Shown: one piece after another, positions 19,797 to 28,614 of the stretch
Numbering within the stretch: position 1 is the first letter of the stretch
Layout of the letters: each line of letters opens with the position of its first letter
Assembly (NCBI GenBank): GCA_044345405.1
Contig: JBIJBE010000002.1
Coordinates: forward strand, 32,001 to 96,000
Length of the DNA: 64,000 nucleotides
Direction: 5' to 3'
DNA from: Bdellovibrionota bacterium
GTDB taxonomy: Bacteria; Bdellovibrionota_C; UBA2361; OMII01
Made by a program: the position numbers and the translations under genes
The notes under the pieces: model-generated
Databases searched by the model: none
Told to the model about the DNA's origin: nothing
The model's input: the letters and a program-made list of their open reading frames with translations, nothing else

Positions 19797-20030
19797 TCAA
19801 CTTGAGCGAAACTTGTAGCGAAGGCACACATCCGCGGCGTTCGAACTCTCAAAGAGGTGCCGACAGACCGGACACACGAAATCAATCTGAGTTGGTGTTG
19901 GTGTGACTCCAATTACGAATAAGAGCCAACCGAACCCGTGATACCGCGCCACAGCTAAGGTTGCTGGGTCGGTAACGCTCCGGCCGCATCGACATACGCT
20001 CGTATCGGACTCGTTACACATCTGATTCAT
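19797..20030 (-). CDS. Small Cys-rich protein with internal hydrophobic segment (possible Zn ribbon)
   Basis: CRCG...GWLLFVIGVTPTP...CPVC...C; overlaps the tatD stop, suggesting coupling. Confidence 0.6.
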   Translation of the reverse strand: MNQMCNESDTSVCRCGRSVTDPATLAVARYHGFGWLLFVIGVTPTPTQIDFVCPVCRHLFESSNAADVCLRYKFRSS

Positions 20031-20829
20031 AGTGGTTCGCACCAAACAATCGCGTAAGATTTTCCTTCATACGCTCGGCGACCTCGTCTTGCGAGGTCCC
20101 TAGGACCTGCGCGATACCGGCATACACCAGCTGGATATTGCCTGGATGATTATAACCGAGACTCTGATCCGTTCCAGTCCGATAGAGGTCTGTCTCCGGC
20201 GACGGAGCTTGGTCAGGAGCATCGGTCTCAGCAAGAAGACGATCGAGTGGCACGTGTCGAAACACATCAAGCTTCTTTTCTCGTTGCGGGGCGAAGAAGG
20301 CCGGAGCTACCGAAAAGTAGGCGCCCAGCTCGGTAAACGCCCCTACCATGTCACGAGGACCCGAATAGGAGTGTAATAGAAATCCCCTCGTGGGAGCGCC
20401 GTGCGATCGTAACAGCTCTAGCAATCGACCCCACGCTTTTAATCCGTGAATGGTAACGGGTAGGCTTCGCTCTCGGGCGATCGAAAGTTGGGCGAGAAAG
20501 ATCTCCTCCTGTTTTTCCCGGTCAATACCTTCCTTCCAGTGGTCGATCCCGATCTCGCCAACACATGACGGGAAACGGTCGAGATATGATGCGAGGGTTG
20601 AAAGATACTCATTCGGAAGATCGTCGACATACCACGGGTGAACGCCGAAGGAGGGGAGTACCCATTGGCATCGTTCCGCAAGAGCGGCTACCCGGGGCCA
20701 ATCACGGGGATGGGTTCCATTCACCACCGCGCGCCGCACGCCGATTCGCTCACACTCGGCGATGATTTCATCCAGCGAGGAAGAGAGCCTCTCGTCCTGC
20801 AGGTGATTGTGAGCGTCGAGGAACACCAT
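20014..20829 (-). CDS. tatD: TatD-family metal-dependent nuclease
   Basis: DAHNHL, GVHPW, VGEIGID, LLHSYSG, LAETDAPD. Confidence 0.92.
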   Translation of the reverse strand: MVFLDAHNHLQDERLSSSLDEIIAECERIGVRRAVVNGTHPRDWPRVAALAERCQWVLPSFGVHPWYVDDLPNEYLSTLASYLDRFPSCVGEIGIDHWKEGIDREKQEEIFLAQLSIARERSLPVTIHGLKAWGRLLELLRSHGAPTRGFLLHSYSGPRDMVGAFTELGAYFSVAPAFFAPQREKKLDVFRHVPLDRLLAETDAPDQAPSPETDLYRTGTDQSLGYNHPGNIQLVYAGIAQVLGTSQDEVAERMKENLTRLFGANHYESDV

Positions 20830-20831
20830 AC

Positions 20832-21278
20832 CTAGACGGCGATCTGGTGAGCGCTCGCGTCGCGTGCGGCATGAAGGATGAACGATACGGTGCTGGACAC
20901 CGCGCGTTTCCGCGTTGTCGAGAGAAGTCGCTCAAGCGCGAGGATGTTCACGAGCGCGTCGCCGATCTCAATGACTTCTTCAGGTGTTCGAGCGCTGTAG
21001 AGATCGCAGATAAAGGAAGCTATCCCCTGAACCATATCGGACTCGCTCTTCGCGCCGAACACGCAGCGCCCGTCAACAACGGAGCCGTGAAGCCACAAAC
21101 CGGAGAGGCATCCCGGCACCTTTCGATCTGGGGTGAGGAGATCGGGCGTAAGCTCAGGCTGAATTGAGGGGCGCTCCATGAGCCACGAGAGCCTATCCTC
21201 GCTATTGTCGAGATCCCGATACTCCTCAACGAGGGAGCGATGGTCAGCCTGCGCGATGAAACGATCAATCCCGTTCAT
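20832..21278 (-). CDS. sufE: SufE/CsdE-family sulfur acceptor
   Basis: KVPGCLSGLW acceptor-Cys motif, SESDMVQG, TPEEV, LSTTR. Confidence 0.85.
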   Translation of the reverse strand: MNGIDRFIAQADHRSLVEEYRDLDNSEDRLSWLMERPSIQPELTPDLLTPDRKVPGCLSGLWLHGSVVDGRCVFGAKSESDMVQGIASFICDLYSARTPEEVIEIGDALVNILALERLLSTTRKRAVSSTVSFILHAARDASAHQIAV

Positions 21279-21292
21279 ACAAAAGCTCCGAC

Positions 21293-22903
21293 TTATTGGA
21301 CGAAGTCCTTAAAGACGTGATCTGGATTCTTCTCCTGGACGTATTTCTTCTCCCACTCAGCCTTGAGCAGGATAACGGTGCGATCCCGGGCGTCGAGCGC
21401 GAGCATTGAGCCCATCGGCAACGAGAGGGTCTTCGTATCACCTTCAACGTAGACGCTGTACCTGAACGGAAGGAAATCGACCGCGGTATCGACCCCGTAC
21501 TCATCCTTCAAACGGAATTGGAGCACCTCAAACTGAAGTCTACCGACCGCGGCCACCAATGGCGGGTCCTTCGGATTTCGGTGTGATCGAAGGATTTGAA
21601 CCGCACCCTCGTAGGCGAGCTGCAAAATCCCCTTATCAAAGTTCTTATGTTTGAGCACATCGGTTGGGCGGATCTGCGCCACGATCTCCGGCGGGAACTG
21701 TGGCATCGGCTTGTAGTTAAAACCACCCTGCATTGATACCGTATCACCGATCGCGAAGACCCCCGGATTGATCACGCCGATAATATCACCCGGATAGGCG
21801 ACCTCTACCGTATTCCGATCTTGGGCCACCATGCTGTACGAACGGGAGAGGCGAACCTCCTTTCCGGTGCGGTGGTGCTTCACCACCATGTCACGCTCGA
21901 AGCGCCCGGAGCACACGCGCAAGAACGCCATGCTGTCTCGGTGCTTCGGGTTCATGTTCGCTTGGATCTTAAAGACGTATCCAGAAAACGGCGCGTCTAC
22001 CGGATCCACTTCAACGGTCTCTCCCTTAAGATCTGTCGCTTCGTAGGAGTGAGGCCGTGGTGCCATGTCGGTAAAGTTGTCGAAGAAGGGCTCGACGCCA
22101 AAGTTCGTCAGCGCGGACCCAAAAAACACCGGCGTTATCTTTCCGGCAAGGAAATCCTCATAGGAGAACGGATTTCCAGCGGCCTGCAGAAGCTCAAGCT
22201 CATCCTCTAGGTGTTCCGCTTGTCCGGGATCGAGCTCTCCGCTCGCTTTCGCTTCATCGAGCGACATCGTTCGGAATTCAGCTTTGCCGGCTCCACCAAC
22301 CTTTGATTTCGTAAAGAGGATGCACTGACGGGTCTTCGGATAGACGATTCCTTTGAACGATGCGCCGCTTCCGATGGGCCAACTAATAGGGGACGCCAAG
22401 ATACCGAGCACATCCTCTACCTCTTGAAGGAGGTCTAACGGCTCCTTACTTGGAAGGTCCATCTTGTTGATAAAGGTGAGCACCGGTGTTTTGCGCAGAC
22501 GACACACCGCGAAGAGCTTTCGAGTCTGGGTTTCAACTCCCTTTCCGGCGTCGAGCACCATCACAGCGCTATCAGCGGCGGTGAGTGTGCGATAGGTGTC
22601 CTCACTGAAGTCTTGGTGGCCTGGCGTATCAAGAACGTTGATGACCGCCTCTTTGTAGGGAAACTGCATCGCGGACGCGGAGACCGAGATCCCACGCTCA
22701 CGCTCAAGGGCCATCCAGTCGGAGCTCGTCGCCTTGCCACCTTTACGCGCCCGCACCATTCCAGCGACCCCGATCTGCCCCGAATAGAGGAGGAGCTTCT
22801 CGGTTAAGGTCGTTTTACCGGCATCCGGGTGACTAATAATCGCAAAGGTTCTCCGCTTTGCGGTCTCGGTCGACATCTCTTTGTGGGCAACTGCGTCGGA
22901 CAT
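21293..22903 (-). CDS. prfC: Peptide chain release factor 3
   Basis: RRTFAIISHPDAGKTTLTEKLL, DTPGHQDFSEDTYR, FKIQANMNPKHRD. Alternative start at 22876. Confidence 0.98.
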   Translation of the reverse strand: MSDAVAHKEMSTETAKRRTFAIISHPDAGKTTLTEKLLLYSGQIGVAGMVRARKGGKATSSDWMALERERGISVSASAMQFPYKEAVINVLDTPGHQDFSEDTYRTLTAADSAVMVLDAGKGVETQTRKLFAVCRLRKTPVLTFINKMDLPSKEPLDLLQEVEDVLGILASPISWPIGSGASFKGIVYPKTRQCILFTKSKVGGAGKAEFRTMSLDEAKASGELDPGQAEHLEDELELLQAAGNPFSYEDFLAGKITPVFFGSALTNFGVEPFFDNFTDMAPRPHSYEATDLKGETVEVDPVDAPFSGYVFKIQANMNPKHRDSMAFLRVCSGRFERDMVVKHHRTGKEVRLSRSYSMVAQDRNTVEVAYPGDIIGVINPGVFAIGDTVSMQGGFNYKPMPQFPPEIVAQIRPTDVLKHKNFDKGILQLAYEGAVQILRSHRNPKDPPLVAAVGRLQFEVLQFRLKDEYGVDTAVDFLPFRYSVYVEGDTKTLSLPMGSMLALDARDRTVILLKAEWEKKYVQEKNPDHVFKDFVQ

Positions 22904-23146
22904 TGTAGCACTTCGAAAATAAGCCCCCTTTGTGTACCACAATTCATAGGGTTACGCACGATAGGGGGAGAGGGGCTTTTCGGGGCGTAAGGGGCTGAAT
23001 GTACGGCCCCAGAGGTCCCGAGGAGTACCCCAAACGCCAAAACCCAACCCGTATCCGAAGCCCATCTAGTGTGCTAGAAAGCTCGATATTCCGGCTTCGC
23101 ACACACAGTTTCTGGGCGACGCTATATCATGAAGGAGTCGCCTAGT

Positions 23147-23644
23147 ATGGATAACCTTACCCTCGTTGCTAAAGATACCGTTGTTAGCTTTCACTACACC
23201 TTAACCGATAAAGGGGGACAGGTTCTTGATTCCTCTCAGGGAAGCCAGCCCCTTGTATACCTTCACGGCTACTCGCAGATCGTTCCAGGTCTTGAGAACG
23301 CGCTTGTTGGAAAGACGACAGGAGCCTCGTTCAAGGTTGAGGTAACCCCAGCTGAGGGATACGGCGAGCGAAACGAGCAGATGGTCATCACGCTGCCTCG
23401 CACCCAGGGCAACCTGCCAGAGGACATCGCGGTTGGATTTGTGGTTGAGCTCGTGTCTCCAGAAGGAGACGAGATCCCGGCTCGCGTGGTGAAGCTCACC
23501 GAGAGTGATATCACCCTCGACGCAAATCACCCACTCGCTGGCGAGACCCTTTACTTCGATATCGAGCTCACAAATGTGCGCGCGGCAACGACGGAGGAGA
23601 TTGAGCACGGTCATGTTCACGGACCAGGCGGGCACCACCACTAA
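23147..23644 (+). CDS. slyD: FKBP-type peptidyl-prolyl isomerase SlyD
   Basis: VVSFHYTL, YLHG..QIVPGLENAL, DANHPLAG, His-rich tail. Confidence 0.95.
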   Translation: MDNLTLVAKDTVVSFHYTLTDKGGQVLDSSQGSQPLVYLHGYSQIVPGLENALVGKTTGASFKVEVTPAEGYGERNEQMVITLPRTQGNLPEDIAVGFVVELVSPEGDEIPARVVKLTESDITLDANHPLAGETLYFDIELTNVRAATTEEIEHGHVHGPGGHHH

Positions 23645-23709
23645 GAGGGGCTCGGACTCTTACTAACGCGGCGTTGCGTCACACGACCAACGCCGCTACC
23701 ATTTCCCGA

Positions 23710-23964
23710 ATGATCATCCCTCAGTCAGCACTTAGCGCCGAAGCACTCCTTGGGATTATCAAGGAGTTCGTGACCCGTGAGGGCACCGAATACGGCGCCG
23801 TTGATATCTCCCTAGAAACCAAAATTAAACAGGTTCAGCGACAGATCGAACGGGGGGATGTTGTTATCGTCTTTGACGAAGGTACCGAGAGCGTCGACCT
23901 CGTTTCGAAGGGGTCTCAACGGTACAAGACCCTCCTGGCGCAGTCGGCGGGGCAGGGGGAATGA
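23710..23964 (+). CDS. yheU: YheU/UPF0270 family protein
   Basis: MIIP..LS.EAL..IIKEFVTREGTEYG signature. Confidence 0.88.
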   Translation: MIIPQSALSAEALLGIIKEFVTREGTEYGAVDISLETKIKQVQRQIERGDVVIVFDEGTESVDLVSKGSQRYKTLLAQSAGQGE

Positions 23965-24458
23965 GCCTGAAGGGTACCACCACCCTCGCACTCTTGTTTC
24001 TCCCGCTGGTAGGGTGTGGACCGCTCATACCGATTCCTCCAGGCACCCCGGTTAGCGACCTCGTCCTCTCCCACACCTCTCCCGAAAGCTCGATTCAACG
24101 GTTTACCCTGGACGGGAAGAGCTATTCCGCTCCAACTCTCTCATTTCAGATTCCTGCCGGCCCTCACACCCTCTCGATAGTCTGGGACGTTACGATCTCC
24201 GACCGGTGCGACCCGGAGGAGAATCTGTGCGGGGCCACCTCCCTTGGTGGACGGTGTTCGGGGCAGTTCACCGCTGAACCCAACGAGCGGTATCGGATCC
24301 TCTTGGATTCACGCCACGGAAAGGTGGCGGCGTCCGTTGTGAAACGGGGGGCGTCGGCCCTGTACATAGGGCAGGATGAGGCTATAGTAGCGCCCCTTAC
24401 CTGTGAGAGAATGACCCGACGAGACCGCCAGAATTCATCTGCTCTCGTTACGTTCTAA
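23961..24458 (+). CDS. Hypothetical lipoprotein
   Basis: Signal peptide with lipobox LVGC; ATGA overlap with the yheU stop. Confidence 0.7.
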   Translation: MSLKGTTTLALLFLPLVGCGPLIPIPPGTPVSDLVLSHTSPESSIQRFTLDGKSYSAPTLSFQIPAGPHTLSIVWDVTISDRCDPEENLCGATSLGGRCSGQFTAEPNERYRILLDSRHGKVAASVVKRGASALYIGQDEAIVAPLTCERMTRRDRQNSSALVTF

Positions 24459-24463
24459 TAGCT

Positions 24464-25540
24464 GTGACCACACCATCGAGGAAGAAAAACGTGATCGCTT
24501 CGCGACCACGCCGCTCCACGGCGATCGGTGGAGACACGCTCGCGAACATGACCGATGAGGAGCTCCTCGATCTCCGCATGTGCGACCTCGACATCGCGAT
24601 AAAGGGAAGCGAGCTTGAGTCACGGATTGAGAAAGCGGTTCACGAGCTGCGGGAGAACGATCTCGACTTCAATCCACACTTCTGGCTCTCTGATGAGTGG
24701 TTCTGCGCCGATGGAATTCCTGGCATAGCGATTCCGTTCTACCTCGCGCACCCTCGGCTTGAGAGGTTAGAGCGCTCCCAACTCCTCGAAGTTGAGGGAG
24801 GGGATGAGAAGTGGTGTCTCAAGATCCTTCGGCACGAACTCGGTCACGCTATCGAGAACGCGTATCGAACCCGTCGACTCAAGGCGCGGCGAACGCTCTT
24901 CGGGAAATCAACGGAGCCGTATCCGGAGTACTATTCGCCCCGACCGTACAGTAAGAGTTTCGTACTGCATCTCGACCCGTGGTACGCGCAGAGTCATCCC
25001 GATGAGGACTTCGCGGAAACGTTCGCGGTGTGGTTGACCCCAAACTCGCAATGGAGAGAGCGGTACGCTGAATGGCCCGCCCTCAAAAAGCTTGAGTATA
25101 TGGACACCCTCATGAGCGACCTGCGCGGAAAACGACCGCCGGTGCGCAACAAAAAGATTCTGGATCCCTACACCAGATACACGAAGACCCTCCGCGAACA
25201 CTACCAGAAGCGAAAAGGGAAGTACGGCAAGGAGCATCCATCCTTCTACGACAAAGACTTGCGAATCTTATTCTCGTCTGAGCCGGAATTCGCGAAGAAT
25301 CCAACGGCCGCGTCACTCATTAAACGCCGTCGGCGGATAATTCGGGCCACAGTTTCCCGCTGGACGGGAGCTTACCAGTATACTACTGATCAGGTGTTAG
25401 ATGCGATCGTTCAGAGGTGTGTCGAGTTAAACCTTCGACTCACCTCACCGGAGGAGATTGCGGTTAAGGAATTTACCGTTCTTCTAACCGTGCAAACGAT
25501 GAACTACCTCCACAGCGGGCGCCACAGAATAGCACTATGA
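24464..25540 (+). CDS. Putative zinc-binding metallopeptidase (Peptidase_Mx-like zincin)
   Basis: LRHELGHA (HExxH) plus YAQSHPDEDFAETFAVW; start codon uncertain. Confidence 0.88.
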   Translation: MTTPSRKKNVIASRPRRSTAIGGDTLANMTDEELLDLRMCDLDIAIKGSELESRIEKAVHELRENDLDFNPHFWLSDEWFCADGIPGIAIPFYLAHPRLERLERSQLLEVEGGDEKWCLKILRHELGHAIENAYRTRRLKARRTLFGKSTEPYPEYYSPRPYSKSFVLHLDPWYAQSHPDEDFAETFAVWLTPNSQWRERYAEWPALKKLEYMDTLMSDLRGKRPPVRNKKILDPYTRYTKTLREHYQKRKGKYGKEHPSFYDKDLRILFSSEPEFAKNPTAASLIKRRRRIIRATVSRWTGAYQYTTDQVLDAIVQRCVELNLRLTSPEEIAVKEFTVLLTVQTMNYLHSGRHRIAL

Positions 25541-26547
25541 AGAAACTCCGAGTACTTTGCCTGGCTCACGAAACCCTCGTGCCACCAGATCACGTACCCG
25601 CGAGTCAAAACTTTCACCACGAACCGTGGCGCACTGAGTACTACGTCCTCTCTACCCTCAAAAAACTTGGACACGAGGCGATCGTACTCGGCGTACGCTC
25701 CGACCTCGAGCTCATTCGAAATACGGTCGCTGAATTCAAACCCGACATCATCTTCAACCTTCTTGAAGAATTTCACGATCGCCCCCTCTACGATCAGAAC
25801 GTCGTGAGCTTTCTGGAGCTGATCCCGGTTCCCTACACCGGGTGCAACCCACGCGGAATGGTACTCTCTCGCGACAAAGCGCTTACGAGAAAGATCTTGA
25901 GCTACCACCGCATTCCTGGACCGGACTTCACGATCTTTAGGAAGGGCCGGAAGGTGAAGCGCCCGGCGAAGCTCAACCTCCCGCTCTTCGTCAAGTCGCA
26001 GGTCGAGGAGGCTTCGCTCGGGATCTCGCAAGCTTCGATCGTCTATACCGACGAGGAGCTGGTCGACCGCGTTCGCTTCATGCACGAAAAGTTTTACACC
26101 GATGTAATCGCCGAGGAGTATATCGAGGGGCGAGAGATGTACGTTGGAATCTTCGGGGACGATCGCTTGACCGTCCTGCCTATCTGGGAGCTTCTCTTCG
26201 CGAATATGCCCGAAGATAAGCCCCGCATCGCGACCCGCCGGGTCAAGTGGGACGCGAAATATCAGGAAAAGCACGGAATCTCGTCGGGCCCTGCTAAGGA
26301 TATCCCTCCAGATCTTCGCGCCAAGATAGAGTCCATCTGTAAGCGGGCCTATCGAGCCCTTGGAATCTCGGGCTATGCCCGCATGGACCTTCGCCTCAAG
26401 CCTAGCGGCGAGGTGTACGTGATCGAGGCGAATCCAAACCCGGAAATCGCCAAGGGCGAGGATTTCGCCGACGCCGCACAGGAATTCGGTTGGTCGTACG
26501 AGGAGTTGATAAAGCGTGTTCTCTCTCAGGGACTCAATCGCAAATAA
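25537..26547 (+). CDS. Ddl-like ATP-grasp ligase (non-canonical D-Ala-D-Ala ligase family)
   Basis: PYTGC, DKAL, PLFVKS..EEASLGI, AEEYIEGRE, GYARMDLR, IEANPNP; ATGA overlap with the peptidase. Confidence 0.88.
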   Translation: MKKLRVLCLAHETLVPPDHVPASQNFHHEPWRTEYYVLSTLKKLGHEAIVLGVRSDLELIRNTVAEFKPDIIFNLLEEFHDRPLYDQNVVSFLELIPVPYTGCNPRGMVLSRDKALTRKILSYHRIPGPDFTIFRKGRKVKRPAKLNLPLFVKSQVEEASLGISQASIVYTDEELVDRVRFMHEKFYTDVIAEEYIEGREMYVGIFGDDRLTVLPIWELLFANMPEDKPRIATRRVKWDAKYQEKHGISSGPAKDIPPDLRAKIESICKRAYRALGISGYARMDLRLKPSGEVYVIEANPNPEIAKGEDFADAAQEFGWSYEELIKRVLSQGLNRK

Positions 26548-26557
26548 GGAATAAACG

Positions 26558-26974
26558 ATGAGAATGATACTCTCCCTGGTTGCGGTCGTCTTGCTCGGAA
26601 TGGGGCTCTTTGAGTCCCGTGAGGTTTCCGGCTTTCTCTCAACTGCTCTGACCGTGCAAGGGAGTGTTGTGGCGATCGAGACGAGAACCGGTCCACCCAA
26701 GCCGACTCAAAACACCCCTATTCACGTTCGGTTTACTCTGCCCTCCGGGGAAACGCGCACTGCGATAACCCGCCTTCCACTTCTCCAGAAGGTTAAGGAA
26801 GGGGATCAGATCTACGTCTTAGTCGACCCTAACGATCCTCAGGATGTGCGGCTGCCGTTGCTCTCAGAGCTATGGGCTAGGCCTTTGGCGTATCTTCTGT
26901 CGGGAGTAGTTCTTGTAGCCGGGATTCTGATCGCTAAGGTTCGGCGGGGGGAGGTTGGGGTGGTGAAGGCCTAG
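26558..26974 (+). CDS. DUF3592-like two-TM membrane protein
   Basis: TM - G.VV...V.F....G...V.EGD.I.V..DP..P - TM pattern. Confidence 0.65.
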   Translation: MRMILSLVAVVLLGMGLFESREVSGFLSTALTVQGSVVAIETRTGPPKPTQNTPIHVRFTLPSGETRTAITRLPLLQKVKEGDQIYVLVDPNDPQDVRLPLLSELWARPLAYLLSGVVLVAGILIAKVRRGEVGVVKA

Positions 26975-27000
26975 AGGCTTGCCTTAATCCCCGGCACCTC

Positions 27001-27026
27001 GGGAGGGCGGTCATTCCCGACCGCCG
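27001..27026 (+). repeat. REP family A singlet
   Basis: gggagggcggtcattcccgaccgccg. Confidence 0.8.
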
Positions 27027-27114
27027 TGTTCGAGCCCGCACCAAATATCCCTTTCGGTCCAATCTCATCCCAGGTTACCCTAGGCCTTGTCACATTTTTA
27101 CGACAGGAGTTCGT

Positions 27115-27567
27115 ATGTTCGCTCGCCTTATCCTCTTTACCACCCTGATCGCTTCGATAGGATGCGCGGGGGCGAAATACCACCGCGATCAGGTATCCGG
27201 TGACCGAGAGAGCGCGATGACCGTTGGGCAGGTACAACGGGAGATCCGGGTGGGCATGTCGAGCGCCGATGTAGCCGCGACCTTAGGCTCGCCGAACATC
27301 GTCACTACCGACGACGAGCGCCGTGAGCAGTGGGTATACGACAAGATCTCAACCGAGAAGGCCTATTCAAGCGACTCTGGCGGAATCCTTACCCTCATAT
27401 TTGGGAGTGGGAGCATTAACGATAACGGTGGTGGGGGAGGCCTCTTCCCATCGTACCAAGGTGGCAGCGGAGCAGCGTCATCCACCCAAAAGACGTTGAC
27501 GGTCATCATCAAGTTCGATCACAACAAGCGGGTTCGTGATTTTGCCTATCATTCATCCACGTTCTAA
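27115..27567 (+). CDS. BamE/SmpA-OmlA-like lipoprotein
   Basis: Lipobox SIGC; IRVGMSSADVAATLGSP...EQWVY...LTVIIKFD..KRV. Confidence 0.75.
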   Translation: MFARLILFTTLIASIGCAGAKYHRDQVSGDRESAMTVGQVQREIRVGMSSADVAATLGSPNIVTTDDERREQWVYDKISTEKAYSSDSGGILTLIFGSGSINDNGGGGGLFPSYQGGSGAASSTQKTLTVIIKFDHNKRVRDFAYHSSTF

Positions 27568-27576
27568 CGGTCCCCG

Positions 27577-28110
27577 ATGAGGCGAATACTCGGTCTAGTG
27601 TGTTCGTCGGTGGCGCTTTGCGCCCCGTTGAGCGGTTGTATCAATGAGATGGCGCGCGAGGCGCTCACGCTACAGCCGGAGGCGCTCGAGCAGCGACGAA
27701 TTCAAACTCGACGCTTCGAAACTACGAACGAGCACGAGCTTCTAACCGCTTCCCTTGAGGTGCTGCAGGATCTCGGCTTCGCCGTGGACGAGACGGAGCC
27801 AGAACTCGGTCTCATCGTGGCGTCGAAGAATCGAGACGCATCGTCGACCGGGGAGATGATTGGGGCATTCTTTATAGGCGCGGCGAGCGATTCCGAGGTG
27901 ACCTACAACGTCGAGCAGAGGATTAGAGCGTCCGTCGTAACGAAAGGGCTCGGAAAGGCTGGGACGAGCGTACGAGTTACCTTCCAGCGGATAGTCTGGA
28001 ACAATCTCGGCGAGATCTCGGCGAACGAGAGCCTCGAAGAGCCCAAGCTCTACCAAGAGTTCTTCGCAAAACTATCGAAATCAGTATTTTTGACCGCATT
28101 TGATATCTAG
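27577..28110 (+). CDS. Hypothetical lipoprotein (paralog of the next gene)
   Basis: Lipobox LSGC; QTRRFET...LQDLGF...LGLIVASK...YQEFFAKLSKSVFL. Confidence 0.75.
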   Translation: MRRILGLVCSSVALCAPLSGCINEMAREALTLQPEALEQRRIQTRRFETTNEHELLTASLEVLQDLGFAVDETEPELGLIVASKNRDASSTGEMIGAFFIGAASDSEVTYNVEQRIRASVVTKGLGKAGTSVRVTFQRIVWNNLGEISANESLEEPKLYQEFFAKLSKSVFLTAFDI

Positions 28111-28120
28111 TGGAGATAGG

Positions 28121-28540
28121 ATGAAACGTTGGATACCAAGCGTGGCTCTCATGTCGGTTCTTCTCGGGTGCGCCCCGGTGCATGAACAGGTGCTCGACAC
28201 GAGTGAAACCCAAACTCAACTTCAGATGCGGCAGGTTCAGTCGCGCACCTTCGAAACGAACGACAAAGAGCGCACGATGCGAGCGGTTATCGCGACACTC
28301 CAAGATCTGGGGTTCGTTCTCGACAAGGCCGACCTAACCCTGGGGACGGTGAGCGCCACTAAGCTTGATGGCTACGCGATGCGGATGACCGTCTCCGTTC
28401 GTCCGAAGGGAGAGGGAAAGATGGTCGTACGCGCAAACGCGCAAATGAACACCACACCCGTTACGGCCCCAGCTCCCTACCAGAGCTTTTTTCGAGCCCT
28501 TGAGCGCTCGATGTTCCTTGCCGCGCACTCAGTCGACTAG
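28121..28540 (+). CDS. Hypothetical lipoprotein (paralog of the previous gene)
   Basis: Lipobox LLGC; QSRTFET...LQDLGF...LGTVSATK...YQSFFRALERSMFL; GGAG SD. Confidence 0.75.
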   Translation: MKRWIPSVALMSVLLGCAPVHEQVLDTSETQTQLQMRQVQSRTFETNDKERTMRAVIATLQDLGFVLDKADLTLGTVSATKLDGYAMRMTVSVRPKGEGKMVVRANAQMNTTPVTAPAPYQSFFRALERSMFLAAHSVD

Positions 28541-28614
28541 GGTTACGAGGGAGTGCCAAACCGCTCTGATTGTGGTTGGATAGCCCCTCAGAGGACTACC
28601 GCCACATAAACTCC

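Noticed and set aside
25504-26700. 398-aa minus-strand ORF and other long antisense ORFs (e.g. 12828-13628, 37088-37771, 52644-53312)
   Set aside because: Shadow ORFs opposite well-supported genes, expected from codon bias at this GC content; no motifs.
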